Virus record (IMG/VR): IMGVR_UViG_3300032242_003148
Coordinates: 32,001 to 96,000 of that record
DNA length: 64,000 nt
Strand: one strand, 5' to 3'
Source: a virus
Under the pieces are notes generated by a model. That model was not told where the DNA came from. It worked only from the letters and a program-made list of their open reading frames with translations, and made no database searches. Position numbers and translations under genes: made by a program. Positions 46,506 to 57,696 of this stretch are shown here, piece after piece. How positions within the stretch are numbered: the first letter of the stretch is position 1; each line of letters opens with the position of its first letter.

Positions 46506-48854
46506 TTAAGAGTTAGTTATTCCCCAGTAGATGCCTAAAATTCCAACATCCCCAGTATAGTCATTTGCGGAACCTGTTAGAGTTCTTGTGAGCTTGAAGT
46601 TTACAACGGTATCTTTTCCTATGTACTGTGACGGTATAGTAAGACCACCGGTAAGGTTTATCGGTGTATATGCCGTATATCCCCCGGTCGGCATGCTTAA
46701 TGTAACTCGAGATGATGAGAAAGATGTTAATCCAACAGTGTTATTTATACCTAGAGTGCTCGGGGAAGCTGAACCATTCTGTGCTGAGGTTGCACTATAC
46801 TCAAAAGTAATGGCTAAGTTTGTATTTGTGCTGTTAGCGTTATATGGGGTATTTCCAAATACTTGAAGTACCAAGTTTAATGGGGCGTTGTTAAAAGCAT
46901 CTTTTGTTAAAACTATTTTACCAATCAATCCGTATGGTACAGTTACTGGATTGTTATATGGGAACTTGATATAGGAATTTAAACCTCTGAATTCAAGTCT
47001 TGAGTTTACCGGCTCTATAGAGTCAACTAATCCATATGCTCCTCCGGAAAGATAAGAGACATTGTATGCTCCAGGGCTGCCTGATACTGGTGAAACATTT
47101 ATACCACCTGTGCCTACTAGCTTAGCAACAACAGGGGTTACTTTTTTTGTGAATTTTCCCTGTATATTGTCCCATGTTAGGTCTGCGATAGCGCTACCTG
47201 CAGTATATGTTGAATTAACCGACGAAGATACCGGTACGCTTGTTGCGTTATTGCTAATAGCTGCAGTACCAATAACTATTGGATTTGCTGTTGGGCCAAC
47301 AATAGAAACTTGCGTGGTTGATGTGATTGTAGCGGAAAAAACCGAATTCCAACTATTGTTAACATCGTAGAAGCCGGAAAGAGTAATAGAGGTACTGGAG
47401 TTTAAACCGTGCGGAGATGTAAAAGTTATCACGCTAGGAATACCTGCAGACCATGTGACTGAAGCTATCTCTGGAAGATCTGAATATCCTCTTTTTATAA
47501 ACTTAGGAGTAACGTTAACAAGTAAATCTCCTGTGGTAGAAGACTCTCCTGGCTTATTTTTTAACTGAAATGAAATAAAATTGCTGCTGTTGTTTGGTTG
47601 CGTTCCTGTGGGGGGATTGGCTGTTATATTGTATGGATCAACAGAACTAACTAATTGTGTGCGTAGAGCAGGATTAAACTTAGCAAAAGATATAAAAAGT
47701 CTAGGCCTGCGGAAATTACTTCCTTTATACGTTTCCCATGCTGTTGGGTCCCAAGTACCTCCAGGTGAAGCTGTGAGGATATCATCCGCCCATGGTTGTG
47801 TATTGGCTTGATTTGAGAACCACCAAATACCGTAATTATCTATAGAGAAAATTCCATCAGGGGAATTAACGTCGGCATAGCGTTGAACAATTCCATTTGC
47901 AAGAATCTGCACAAAGTTTGACGGTACAGGAGGCAGGTTTCCACCCAGTTCTATAGCTTCAGCAATTTCGTTACTGTTAAGTATTGTGGAGTCTGGTCCG
48001 CTTGTTAAATTACTTGGAATATAATAAAGAAACTTTGCTACCTGCCCACTCGGTGAAGTTGGTATTGTATAGCCTGGTAAATTAGCTGAGGTGGCAGCTA
48101 TCCATCCAAGCCTGTTAGGATTATTAGGTGATCCATTAGGTGTGGGTATACTCCATGTTGTACCATCATTACTTAATACAGGAGGATAAACAGGACGGTC
48201 TAATATATTATATCTATAGTTTATAAAAAATTGTGTGAATTCATCCACAGATGGTTGAAGAAAGAATTTAGTCGGTGATACTGCATATCCAACATAAACT
48301 GGTAGACCATCAGGATTTTGGGTGAGTTTACCTGGCATCTTTCTAGAAACATAGTATGGTCCAACATTAAATGTGGGCTTAATCCTATTTCCATATTGGT
48401 CTAAAGAATACTCTATCAACCCACTATATGGATCATCTATAGGTATAGAAAAATCGCACATACCCTGGATATAACAATCAGCAAGATTACCAGGATTAAT
48501 ATTTCTTATAATACCAAAAATATAGTTTGAGTTATTAGGCTGAAACATACTGTTGGTTGGGGATGTTGAAAACCCTGTGGATGCCCTGGATAAACCCGAT
48601 CCACCATTATCGTCACGATAATACACAACAGCGAGTTGTCCTGCTTGAATGGGGGATGAACCAGTTAGATCTGCTGGATGAATAGGTTGATTAAAACTCA
48701 TCAATGCAGACTTATTTTGAAGTGCGTCAAAGGCATCATATAGATGCTGTTCTCTTTGAATAAGCTGCTCTAACGGAACATTAACAACAGACTGAGATAC
48801 CTCTTGTCCGTCTTGAATTAATTTTACTGTGGGTACCCAGGGAGTTATTGGCAT
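46506..48854 (-). CDS. Baseplate/tail fibre structural protein
   Basis: IQDGQEVSQSVVNVPLEQLIQR..L N-terminus typical of tail fibre anchors. S/T/G/P-rich. Confidence 0.6.
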   Translation of the reverse strand: MPITPWVPTVKLIQDGQEVSQSVVNVPLEQLIQREQHLYDAFDALQNKSALMSFNQPIHPADLTGSSPIQAGQLAVVYYRDDNGGSGLSRASTGFSTSPTNSMFQPNNSNYIFGIIRNINPGNLADCYIQGMCDFSIPIDDPYSGLIEYSLDQYGNRIKPTFNVGPYYVSRKMPGKLTQNPDGLPVYVGYAVSPTKFFLQPSVDEFTQFFINYRYNILDRPVYPPVLSNDGTTWSIPTPNGSPNNPNRLGWIAATSANLPGYTIPTSPSGQVAKFLYYIPSNLTSGPDSTILNSNEIAEAIELGGNLPPVPSNFVQILANGIVQRYADVNSPDGIFSIDNYGIWWFSNQANTQPWADDILTASPGGTWDPTAWETYKGSNFRRPRLFISFAKFNPALRTQLVSSVDPYNITANPPTGTQPNNSSNFISFQLKNKPGESSTTGDLLVNVTPKFIKRGYSDLPEIASVTWSAGIPSVITFTSPHGLNSSTSITLSGFYDVNNSWNSVFSATITSTTQVSIVGPTANPIVIGTAAISNNATSVPVSSSVNSTYTAGSAIADLTWDNIQGKFTKKVTPVVAKLVGTGGINVSPVSGSPGAYNVSYLSGGAYGLVDSIEPVNSRLEFRGLNSYIKFPYNNPVTVPYGLIGKIVLTKDAFNNAPLNLVLQVFGNTPYNANSTNTNLAITFEYSATSAQNGSASPSTLGINNTVGLTSFSSSRVTLSMPTGGYTAYTPINLTGGLTIPSQYIGKDTVVNFKLTRTLTGSANDYTGDVGILGIYWGITNS

Positions 48855-48861
48855 AGCTGTT

Positions 48862-49425
48862 TTAATTTACGAGGAATTTAATTCCCCAAGTAACCGTAAA
48901 ATTAAAGGTGGCGTCATAATTAACTTTGTTAAATGACGTTCTAGAGAAGACTATATCAGTAGCTATATTTGTAGGATTAGGGGCACTCACCAGAGCTACC
49001 TCATAAATATTGCTAGACCCACCTAAAAATTGTGCTCCAGTGATAGCTGTGGAGGATGTTATCATGGTGCTAAATAGAACAGTATTATTCTTGTAGTTAG
49101 TGTCTGAAAGATACGTTGGGGCAAATGTTAACGGCTCCCTCAAATAACCAAATGGTGATGTAAAATTTGCAAATGGTTGAGAATAAGCAACATCTATAGT
49201 CGGTGGAGTGAACGAAGTGCTGTTGTTATATCCTATATACATACCCCAGATACCCGCGTTGGGAACGCCTGCCAAGGCATTAGCCATCACTGTGGCTCCA
49301 CCATATAACACAAGATTAGGCTGATCTACCACTAATTCAGATTCTCCCGTGACTGGACAGGACTTCCAAATCTTTACAAAGCCAGATATTGACTTGTTTA
49401 AATTATTTTTTTCTAGGGATCCCAT
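48862..49425 (-). CDS. Baseplate/tail fibre attachment protein
   Basis: 187 aa. NLVL.GG..VMA.AL...IYEVAL...FSR...FTVTW pattern. Confidence 0.55.
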   Translation of the reverse strand: MGSLEKNNLNKSISGFVKIWKSCPVTGESELVVDQPNLVLYGGATVMANALAGVPNAGIWGMYIGYNNSTSFTPPTIDVAYSQPFANFTSPFGYLREPLTFAPTYLSDTNYKNNTVLFSTMITSSTAITGAQFLGGSSNIYEVALVSAPNPTNIATDIVFSRTSFNKVNYDATFNFTVTWGIKFLVN

Positions 49426-49447
49426 ATTTTCTTATTATACTTTAAGG

Positions 49448-52012
49448 CTATGAAAAGTCTATCAATAACACAGTAGGAACTGTGGCATTTGTTGGAGGCG
49501 GATTAGTGGCAGGAATACTTGTAAAAACTTTACCATCAAATGCCCTAGGAATACCAGCAGTTCTTTGGGTATTTGTTAGTGTAAACTGATCTAAGCTACT
49601 CGCCGAATGTAGCGGGATAGCTACCTTGGCTGGTCTTGGGTAACTACTAGACAACGTCGTGGCGTTATTAACAGAGGATTGTATTAAATGATTGCCTCCC
49701 GAAACACCAGAAACATAGGGAGCAGAATCAATATATGTAGAAGAACCTGCCGGCTCATCTAGTTCCCACCATGAAACAAGGTTTAATCCTAACCCAGATC
49801 CTAATGTCGGCGGCAGTGTAAGCCCTACTCCACTGTTATATAGTGCAGTAATTTGCCCGGTTGTAAGTAAAGTATTCCAATAACCTATTGAAGATATTGC
49901 TCCTTGAAAAAATTGTGCCGCGCCATTACATGCCCCAGCTATTGTAATTCTATTATTTCCGCCGCTACGAGAATTAACTTTAGATGTACCTACGGCAGTG
50001 CTCTGGTAGACTGTTCCGTTATCAACAGATATATAAGCCTTTTGAGTTGATGAATTAAACGCCGCCGTAAAAAAATGCCATGTGTTTAGCTGTACAGTTG
50101 AATTGGGTGTCTCCGCTGCCACATATCCAGATGCTCCGTTCAACAAAGGGTCAATCCCATCCATGTAAATGTCAAATCTAAGTTTACCATTGGGCCAGAG
50201 TCTAATCATATATGTATCCCATACAGGACCACCAATAATTGAATGAATAAAACTACTTGAGTTTTCGGTGGCTCTAAACCAACCTGTAAATGTAAAACTC
50301 CCACTGGGGCTGAGTAAGCTGTTAATAGGGCAATATAAATTTTGGCCTGTGCCATCTTCTCCCCTAAAACTTGCACCATTTATAGAAGATATGGTGCTCG
50401 TGCTGGGTGTTTTACTTAGTGAAAAAAGCCTGCTCTTATAGTCCTTGTAATAGTTAGAATCTCCGACCCCGGTTGTGGGTCTGGTTCCGTCTGAATTGGA
50501 TCCATCAACACTGAGAGAAACTCCAGGAAGAGCTGGGATAGTATACCCTGAATTCATCTTACCATAAACATCAGCAGACAAATTTAAATTTACATATAAC
50601 ACCGTGTATACGTGAGAAGGTAAGTATTTTTGTAATAGTGGATAATAGCTAAAAAATGTAGAAACATCCTCAGGGCTATAAAAGTTAAACTTAAGCAACA
50701 CGGTATTATTTTTAATAAAGTTATTAAATATAAAGTCGGCAGGCACAATAACGGCAGTGTTCCCTGGGTTTTTTAAACCTAGCGCCTTTTTATTAGCATT
50801 TATATTTTCTGAGCGGTTAATAAAATTGTTAAACTCAGCGACATCTCCAGCTTCGCCCAACACAGGAAAATTTATTCTTCCATTAGCGTCTAGTGTTGCA
50901 AGACTAGTAGAAGTAGAGAAGAATAACTGGTGTCTATAATTTCCTAAAAATATATGAGAAGATAAGCCTACCTGAGGAGTGTTTAATATACTATTCCACC
51001 ATCCTGGTTTTACTAATGTATCGTAGTATTGAACAACATCAACAAGTATGTCACCGGCGTGAACAACCTTACCTATTTTGGCTCCCGCTATTAAATTTTG
51101 GTTATTTTTAAATCTATAAACTTCCTTATCAGTAATAACGTATTTATAGATATTGTCAGAATAAATATCCTGTATTGTCTCAGTTATATTAACCACAGGA
51201 GTAACTCCACTAAACGCGGCCATAATTGATTTAATAGCATTAACTGTGGGGCCTGATACAAATAAATTAAATATACCCTCTAGCATAGCTTTATAAGCGG
51301 CTGAAGATGGTAGTTCAAAATCAAACAAAACACCGAAGTTATCATACAGATAATTTTGGTCGTTCTCTGCGTTATAGCACCAAAGAATAATTAATTCATC
51401 ATTATGCTTAACGCCATTACTATCTACAAACGTGGCTGGTGCTCCTTTTTCGGTTATTATTGTAGCCTTAGGGATATTTGAGTTTTGAAACAAATCTGAG
51501 TTAAAATAAAGCACATTAGAAGAGTCGATCACGACATCCACACCGTTTATATACACTGACTGAGGTCCGAGTACCCTATCAGCTATCACAGAAAATTTTC
51601 TTAGCGGTATATTAGGGGATAGGCTATAAACACCAGCAGACGCGCTTTTAGATTTACCGAATAAAAATGTTTGTCCCGCATAATAAGCATCACTTGCTGG
51701 CTGAGATCCAAAAACCGTAGATTTAGGTGCAAACTGTGATGGAACATAATTAAATTCTGATCTCTTTATTATTAGTGGCTGCCATTTTGTTCTAGATAAT
51801 ACAGGTGTATCTTTAATAGAATATGAGTTTAATACATCTATTAAATTGTAATAGCTCTGGATCAGCTCCTCTGCCATACCAAGAGTATATCCTCTAATCG
51901 TTCCTTGTTCCTGGAACACTTGAGTCCAAAACGACCCAAGAGACATAAACAAATTATTTCTATTTGTATAGTCTCCTGAGGGATATATAGAAGATAAAAA
52001 ACCTAAATCCAT
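49448..52012 (-). CDS. Baseplate wedge protein with C-terminal LamG/concanavalin A-like domain
   Basis: LGSFWT.VF N-terminus. SFTFTGWF, NTWHFFT, FFQGAISSIGYWNTLLT.GQITALY, LVSWWELDE. Confidence 0.7.
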   Translation of the reverse strand: MDLGFLSSIYPSGDYTNRNNLFMSLGSFWTQVFQEQGTIRGYTLGMAEELIQSYYNLIDVLNSYSIKDTPVLSRTKWQPLIIKRSEFNYVPSQFAPKSTVFGSQPASDAYYAGQTFLFGKSKSASAGVYSLSPNIPLRKFSVIADRVLGPQSVYINGVDVVIDSSNVLYFNSDLFQNSNIPKATIITEKGAPATFVDSNGVKHNDELIILWCYNAENDQNYLYDNFGVLFDFELPSSAAYKAMLEGIFNLFVSGPTVNAIKSIMAAFSGVTPVVNITETIQDIYSDNIYKYVITDKEVYRFKNNQNLIAGAKIGKVVHAGDILVDVVQYYDTLVKPGWWNSILNTPQVGLSSHIFLGNYRHQLFFSTSTSLATLDANGRINFPVLGEAGDVAEFNNFINRSENINANKKALGLKNPGNTAVIVPADFIFNNFIKNNTVLLKFNFYSPEDVSTFFSYYPLLQKYLPSHVYTVLYVNLNLSADVYGKMNSGYTIPALPGVSLSVDGSNSDGTRPTTGVGDSNYYKDYKSRLFSLSKTPSTSTISSINGASFRGEDGTGQNLYCPINSLLSPSGSFTFTGWFRATENSSSFIHSIIGGPVWDTYMIRLWPNGKLRFDIYMDGIDPLLNGASGYVAAETPNSTVQLNTWHFFTAAFNSSTQKAYISVDNGTVYQSTAVGTSKVNSRSGGNNRITIAGACNGAAQFFQGAISSIGYWNTLLTTGQITALYNSGVGLTLPPTLGSGLGLNLVSWWELDEPAGSSTYIDSAPYVSGVSGGNHLIQSSVNNATTLSSSYPRPAKVAIPLHSASSLDQFTLTNTQRTAGIPRAFDGKVFTSIPATNPPPTNATVPTVLLIDFS

Positions 52013-53628
52013 TAGATTAATGTGATACCTATATTATCAATCACGTTTGTGCCACCAACTGATGTGTCATAATAGTTTATAAAAAACTGTGTGGTTTTAG
52101 GAGAAACACCAAGAGAGATATTTGTCGGAATCTTAAGATAATCTCCTCCCTCGACTTTTAGTGAAGATCCATCATTACACAAGATATTTCCTGTCATACT
52201 AATAGGTAATTCTACTCTTGATATATTATAGTTGTGGCAAATTGTTACTATTTTAGAGGCATGCACTGTTTCTCCAAATGGTATTGTGTTTATATATGTG
52301 AATAAGTCCTGTTTGAGTTGATTTATATTGAGAGAAGTATATGTGTCGTTAGAATTAGCCTTTGCTAAGGTTAAGTCTAGCTCAACAAAACAAGGAAGGG
52401 CGGCTTTTATAAGATAATCCGCACAAGCTAGTCTTTCAGAGCTAGAGGTTACTAAATCTTGTATTTCCCCTATATTAGGCTGGTAATATGCCGAGACTAT
52501 AAAATTTAAATTACTTCCTACAGCTAATCCTGGGCTCTCATCATATGTAAATGTTACTTCAGCGGTTTGATACTTCGTAAATCGGGCATCTCTATAACTG
52601 TTAATCGCGTTGTTTATACCTGACTCAAATGATCTATAGCCATATGTGACATTTGTAATAGGAAAAGTACCTCCTGTGAGCTGTGGGGTATCTGGGATTA
52701 TAGAGAACACCCTGTAGAAACCTGCGCAGTAACTACTATCTAGTTTTAAAACCCAAGTTTTATCTCCTGTTTTTTTTCCTACAATTGAAGCACTATAAGT
52801 CTCTGCACCTACACAATTTCTGATATACACGTCAGCCATACCAAAGGTTGAAATACCCATAGCATTATTCTTAGACCTCACCATCTCTATATCATTAGCT
52901 CCACAAACAGATAATGTTTGAAATGTTGGATATAGATTAGAAAGTCTATTTTGAATACCTGCAGGAGACTCAAACCGTGTGCTGCCTAATGTGTTTTTAA
53001 AACTAGCTATCAACTGCTTATCTGTTTGCTCTGGTAGGGCTGACGTAAAATTACCGTAAGCTTGAGCAGAAACAAAATTAGTTATTGTGGCCCCTTTAGG
53101 AGATAATGAGAAAGTGGTGCCAGAAGATACCTGTGAGTTATAACCTACTTGTGTCGCGATCACAGGTAAAATAAAATAGTATTTTTCTCCCTCTGTGTAT
53201 AGTTGTAATTCACCTAAAGCGGTATTGGGGGTGGGAGATATTCTGAGTAGTCCAGTAACATTATATGTAAGCCCTAATGTGGGTTGAACAAACTGCAGGC
53301 CTGTCGGTACTGCATAATTACCAAAATAAGACACATATACCTGTATGTTTCCAGTAGAGTATGTTCCTTTATTGCGGGATGTATTATAGTTGGATGCAAT
53401 TAAGTCCACAACTGGACTATAAGTATCATTAGTACTGGACAGTGCCTGACTAATCGCAGCACCTTGCGAAAGGGTTGTAATTTTGTTGTATTGCTCGTTT
53501 TGGACTGAGGCTGCCAACTTTATAACTAATTCACTAATAACAGAACCTGGTGCGGTATCTGCGCTACTATAGTTTTCAGATATGAATTTGGTAATTCTGC
53601 TGGCTGTATCTTGTATTAATTCACTCAT
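52012..53628 (-). CDS. Baseplate J-like protein
   Basis: DTAPGSVISELVI, G.IQVY, VPTG.QF, EQTD..L, GMADVYI. Confidence 0.75.
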   Translation of the reverse strand: MSELIQDTASRITKFISENYSSADTAPGSVISELVIKLAASVQNEQYNKITTLSQGAAISQALSSTNDTYSPVVDLIASNYNTSRNKGTYSTGNIQVYVSYFGNYAVPTGLQFVQPTLGLTYNVTGLLRISPTPNTALGELQLYTEGEKYYFILPVIATQVGYNSQVSSGTTFSLSPKGATITNFVSAQAYGNFTSALPEQTDKQLIASFKNTLGSTRFESPAGIQNRLSNLYPTFQTLSVCGANDIEMVRSKNNAMGISTFGMADVYIRNCVGAETYSASIVGKKTGDKTWVLKLDSSYCAGFYRVFSIIPDTPQLTGGTFPITNVTYGYRSFESGINNAINSYRDARFTKYQTAEVTFTYDESPGLAVGSNLNFIVSAYYQPNIGEIQDLVTSSSERLACADYLIKAALPCFVELDLTLAKANSNDTYTSLNINQLKQDLFTYINTIPFGETVHASKIVTICHNYNISRVELPISMTGNILCNDGSSLKVEGGDYLKIPTNISLGVSPKTTQFFINYYDTSVGGTNVIDNIGITLI

Positions 53629-53630
53629 AA

Positions 53631-54110
53631 TTATATAGGTAAGGGTAACAGAAAGTTAGCAATATCTCCAGCCAATGTTGTTAACTGTACAGAAAAACTA
53701 ATAGACCCTGAATATAACGTGAGGTCCAATAATTGGGTGCCAGAAAGTTGCTCATCTGCAGGAATATCGGGATTTGTTATTTGATACCCTTTTATAACAT
53801 TAACTGTATTATAGTCGGCCAAAGAAAATATTTGTCGAGCTCTGATGGCGTCCACGGGAGATAGGCCCTGCTGTAAAGTTTTTAAAAAGTCTGTACCGAA
53901 GGTTGGGTATCCTGACTGAGAGCCTGAATTACTAAGCAATATTATAGCATATCTTTGTACTAGTTTTTGAACACCGGAGCAAAGCTGAGAGGGGTTACCA
54001 AAAGCTGGTGTCACAGTTACAGGGTCAATAGCCTGCGCGTTAGGTGTTCGCAAAATGCTAACATCTACTGTTCTACCTGAATAATTTGTTGAAATTCCAG
54101 AAATAGGCAT
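53631..54110 (-). CDS. gp25-like baseplate wedge protein
   Basis: SGVQKLVQR....LLSNSGS...PTFGT..., ADEQL. Lies directly upstream of baseplate J. Confidence 0.7.
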   Translation of the reverse strand: MPISGISTNYSGRTVDVSILRTPNAQAIDPVTVTPAFGNPSQLCSGVQKLVQRYAIILLSNSGSQSGYPTFGTDFLKTLQQGLSPVDAIRARQIFSLADYNTVNVIKGYQITNPDIPADEQLSGTQLLDLTLYSGSISFSVQLTTLAGDIANFLLPLPI

Positions 54111-54111
54111 A

Positions 54112-54525
54112 TTATAAATCTAATTTCTGTTTAAATTTTAGGAATATTGCGGTAGATTGCCAAGCGTTATATATATTTCTTGCACCTTTTTGAGATAAAT
54201 CTGCGCGGTAATACTGTAACCTGGGTTGATATCTCTGAATAAAACATCTATTAAACGAGTATAACTGGCTTATCTCTAGCTTTATCGCAGATATGCCTTT
54301 TCTGGATTTGGGGTCGGTTTCTTCGAATCTATCTTTATAGTCACTGTTGAGTTTTTCTCTGTCGGTAACTTTTCGCATATCTTCCATCTTCAGCGTATCA
54401 GTATATTCAACAGAAGATAAAAACCACTTTCTGGGCTTTCCTTGTTCTACCATTGATTTAGGAGTATCCACAGCTACCCAAGTTTTTATCTTTTTAACTA
54501 AATCTTCTAATGTATTGGCTATCAT
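54112..54525 (-). CDS. Hypothetical protein
   Basis: 137 aa, TAATATG junctions on both sides. Confidence 0.7.
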   Translation of the reverse strand: MIANTLEDLVKKIKTWVAVDTPKSMVEQGKPRKWFLSSVEYTDTLKMEDMRKVTDREKLNSDYKDRFEETDPKSRKGISAIKLEISQLYSFNRCFIQRYQPRLQYYRADLSQKGARNIYNAWQSTAIFLKFKQKLDL

Positions 54526-54526
54526 A

Positions 54527-55162
54527 TTATTTCCATCCCTTGTTGAGCATATCGCTTATTATTTTTATGCGTTGATTTACTTGAGGTTCTGAAATTTTTA
54601 GCTTTTTAGATATTCCGTGAGTGTCCAGTACTGGTTTACCTCCAAAACCGGTCATATGCTCGAATATTAATTTATCTTTGGGTACAAGATCATGGTATAC
54701 GAATGTCGCCCATTCGTCATTCGAGCTATCCATTATTGTGGGGGTATTGAGCATGTTTGTAAAAGAAATTATAGATTTTCTATTTTTAAGTAAGCTATTA
54801 ACCGTTTTTATGCCCATACCTGAGTTGTCGGCGAGTTCTTCTGCTGTGGGCGGTCTTCCAAATTCACTCTCTAATTGTTTTTCCAAATTATTTAATTTAT
54901 TTATTCCAAATTGGGTATTTTCAGGAAGTCTAACAGAACTGCCGTATTGTGTGGATAATCTAGATAACTTCTTAAGTTTATTTACTAGGTGTGTACTAAA
55001 TTTTCCTGCGGCAGGAGAATATGTCTCGGCGGCCTGTCTCGCCAATTTATGCGCCTCTATTTGCACAGTAATAAATGGAATATTTGTAGAATACTTTTTA
55101 GCCTCCGAGTCTATCAACTTTCTGTGCTCTGATAATAATTTATTTATGTCTGTGTTATTCAT
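54527..55162 (-). CDS. Sigma-70-family RNA polymerase sigma factor (FliA/SigB-like regions 2-4)
   Basis: AAETYSP..GKFSTH (region 2), VRLPE, LESEFGRPPTAEELAD (region 3), ISKKLKISEPQVNQ HTH (region 4). Confidence 0.8.
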   Translation of the reverse strand: MNNTDINKLLSEHRKLIDSEAKKYSTNIPFITVQIEAHKLARQAAETYSPAAGKFSTHLVNKLKKLSRLSTQYGSSVRLPENTQFGINKLNNLEKQLESEFGRPPTAEELADNSGMGIKTVNSLLKNRKSIISFTNMLNTPTIMDSSNDEWATFVYHDLVPKDKLIFEHMTGFGGKPVLDTHGISKKLKISEPQVNQRIKIISDMLNKGWK

Positions 55163-55165
55163 ATG

Positions 55166-56848
55166 TTAACTAGCTCCTATGTCTGAAATAAAAGAACTTT
55201 TAAATGAGGTTTCCTTGCCCTGATTGAACCCCGTGAATGCGTCTTCGCTAATACCCACAGGAGTTGAACCCATCCTACCACAACAAAAATTAACAATAGT
55301 CATGGCTGAGCCTCCTGCTGGCGGCGCCATATCTACTCTGTGCGTAACACTCTCTACCCAGAAGTCTAAATTAAAATTTGTTTCTCTTACAAACAATGTT
55401 CCACTAGCCCCTGGAACCCAATTAGGATTAAACGATAGTGTTATGCTGCCTTTTCTATCTCCATATCTAGCCTGATAAAATTTAATCTGGGCGTAATTTT
55501 TAAGCGTAGGGGACAGTGTTTCTTGGTATTTTGTTTGTTTTTCTTCTGCCCTCTGCTGTTGATTTTCTTTAATTTCGTTACCTCCATATTCATGAGGTTT
55601 ATCGTAATAAGAAGTATCTTTTCCCTGATCTGCCTTTTGCTTTAATTCATTGGCGTCTCTGCCGTTATTTTCATTTGTAGAATAAAAAAGTGAAAATGGA
55701 TGCTGCTCAACAATCAAAATACCTGAAGCTTGCGTTAATTCATGCTCGTCTTTATAGTAACCTACTGTACCTGGGTCATAAGCTACGTTAGCGAGGTTTT
55801 GTCCTCCCACAGGTAACTTGTTAGAAAGTATTACTGCGTAGATATCCCTATATCCATTATCACTGTATGAATAACCATTATAATCAGCTGGATAGGCTGT
55901 ATTAGGTCTACTAGATTGTGATTTTACACCAGGAGAAGAATGTTCTTGTAGAATAAATGATCTTTCTGGAACTACGAATATTTTATTACTACCAAAAACC
56001 AAAGTACATCCCATGAAACTTAAAAAATTCATTAAATTTTCCAGTATCACATTAGACCCCTTGAAAAAGTAATCTTTCATCTTTGCTGAAGCATTAGGAT
56101 AACAGGTAGTCATAGAGGATAAAGTACCTCCATCCACGGCAGAAGCGTCTAATTGAGATATTAAGTCTAGTCCCTTTTGTATAGCTTGTGTGTATTTTGG
56201 CGCATTATACACTTCCGACATTACTTGCTCTGAATATATGTCCTGCTCACTTCCCATATAGTTGTCAAACCCCCCCTGCTGTAATGTTAGAAGGTGCTTA
56301 ATCAACGATATATAAAACTTTATAGGACTAAGATTGAAGTCTAGCCCTTCGCTAAAATCAAAACTGCTCCAGGCTTTCTCTACATTATCGTCTTGGCTAT
56401 CAGATGAAACTATAAGAGAGTAATAAGGATTTTTATAGATATCCACAGAATTTGGTGTTAACCCCGGGGTCATGGTTGTTAGCTCTAATAGGGTCTGTGC
56501 TTTACCTTTAAGCACAGCCTGGTAAGTATTACTACCCACATTATTGCTTAGACTTACTCCATCTAATAGTCCCTCCCAATTTAATCTATGGGTTGTGGTT
56601 TGCCCTGGACCAGTGGTACTTTTAACACTGATTGACACATGTATAGGAGTTTTACGTTTAAACTGGTCAGGACTGGTTAATATCCCTGACGCGCCTCCAC
56701 TGATTTTCACAGGAGGGCCTGGAGATGCCGGAGCGAAATCTACAGAACAAACGGGAATAGCCCCAACACTAAAATTAAGGCTAACTCCTACAGGTGTTAC
56801 CCCCGGTAGTGGGGATACCGACAATGTTACGTCTGATGTCTTTGGCAT
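55166..56848 (-). CDS. Baseplate hub-like protein
   Basis: 560 aa. Ends with GSITLSFNPNWVPG...WVESVTHRVD, as in hub/late-control-D proteins. Context fits. Confidence 0.6.
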   Translation of the reverse strand: MPKTSDVTLSVSPLPGVTPVGVSLNFSVGAIPVCSVDFAPASPGPPVKISGGASGILTSPDQFKRKTPIHVSISVKSTTGPGQTTTHRLNWEGLLDGVSLSNNVGSNTYQAVLKGKAQTLLELTTMTPGLTPNSVDIYKNPYYSLIVSSDSQDDNVEKAWSSFDFSEGLDFNLSPIKFYISLIKHLLTLQQGGFDNYMGSEQDIYSEQVMSEVYNAPKYTQAIQKGLDLISQLDASAVDGGTLSSMTTCYPNASAKMKDYFFKGSNVILENLMNFLSFMGCTLVFGSNKIFVVPERSFILQEHSSPGVKSQSSRPNTAYPADYNGYSYSDNGYRDIYAVILSNKLPVGGQNLANVAYDPGTVGYYKDEHELTQASGILIVEQHPFSLFYSTNENNGRDANELKQKADQGKDTSYYDKPHEYGGNEIKENQQQRAEEKQTKYQETLSPTLKNYAQIKFYQARYGDRKGSITLSFNPNWVPGASGTLFVRETNFNLDFWVESVTHRVDMAPPAGGSAMTIVNFCCGRMGSTPVGISEDAFTGFNQGKETSFKSSFISDIGAS

Positions 56849-56854
56849 AAACTA

Positions 56855-57691
56855 TTAGAGTAATCCGTTTACTCTCTCCACATAACAATTGAGTAATCCA
56901 GCAAACCTATAAATATCGTTAAAATGAGTAGCCCAAATATTTTCATTTGTTTTTGTATCATCAGGGTAGCTGTAAGAAAGCATACTATCAACTATGTTAT
57001 TCTGTGAAACTAAAGAATTAAACAAATCGTTAAAATTAAAAGATAGCGGGGACTCCGCGATAAAACTCCAGGCCTTGTTTGAAGATTGATTGAATATATT
57101 TATAGGCCCGTTAATACTAAAAGAAAGTCCTGTATCGCCAACAGGGATTATTGTAGAGCTTGTGGAGGAGCCGGCAGATTGTATTACATCTATAACAAGC
57201 TCAGGATTCAACTTATTTCCTTTATTCCCACCTTTTAGGTATGCGTGGTCTATGTCAGAAAAAACCGAAATAGTGTTAGTGGACCCAAGCTGGGTGACTG
57301 AAAATGAATTATAATAATAATTATTTTTACCTGTTGTGATATATTTCCCAAAAACAAGAATAGAATAGCTGGAGTTATTAGTAGTGGGCTGAGATATTCT
57401 ATACGTCCTGAAATACTCTGTTAAACTATCTAGGTCGTATGTCACCCTGGGATCATGCTTGGTCACAGAGGAAATCAATCTGGTTGCATTTAAAATGCGT
57501 AGGTAGTTATAACATAAAAACTGTTTTTGATATCCTGAGGTATTTGGAGGAAATAATATATCGTAAAAAGATTTTAACTTAACAGGTAGGTTTAACTTAG
57601 AATACCCTCTGTTTACGAAATAAGAACTTATCCCACCAGGAGTATTTTCTCCTGATAGATTGAGCAATAAGGTAGCATAATGGTTAACCAT
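56855..57691 (-). CDS. Putative tail/baseplate protein
   Basis: 278 aa ORF within the tail operon. Confidence 0.55.
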   Translation of the reverse strand: MVNHYATLLLNLSGENTPGGISSYFVNRGYSKLNLPVKLKSFYDILFPPNTSGYQKQFLCYNYLRILNATRLISSVTKHDPRVTYDLDSLTEYFRTYRISQPTTNNSSYSILVFGKYITTGKNNYYYNSFSVTQLGSTNTISVFSDIDHAYLKGGNKGNKLNPELVIDVIQSAGSSTSSTIIPVGDTGLSFSINGPINIFNQSSNKAWSFIAESPLSFNFNDLFNSLVSQNNIVDSMLSYSYPDDTKTNENIWATHFNDIYRFAGLLNCYVERVNGLL

Positions 57692-57696
57692 ATTAA

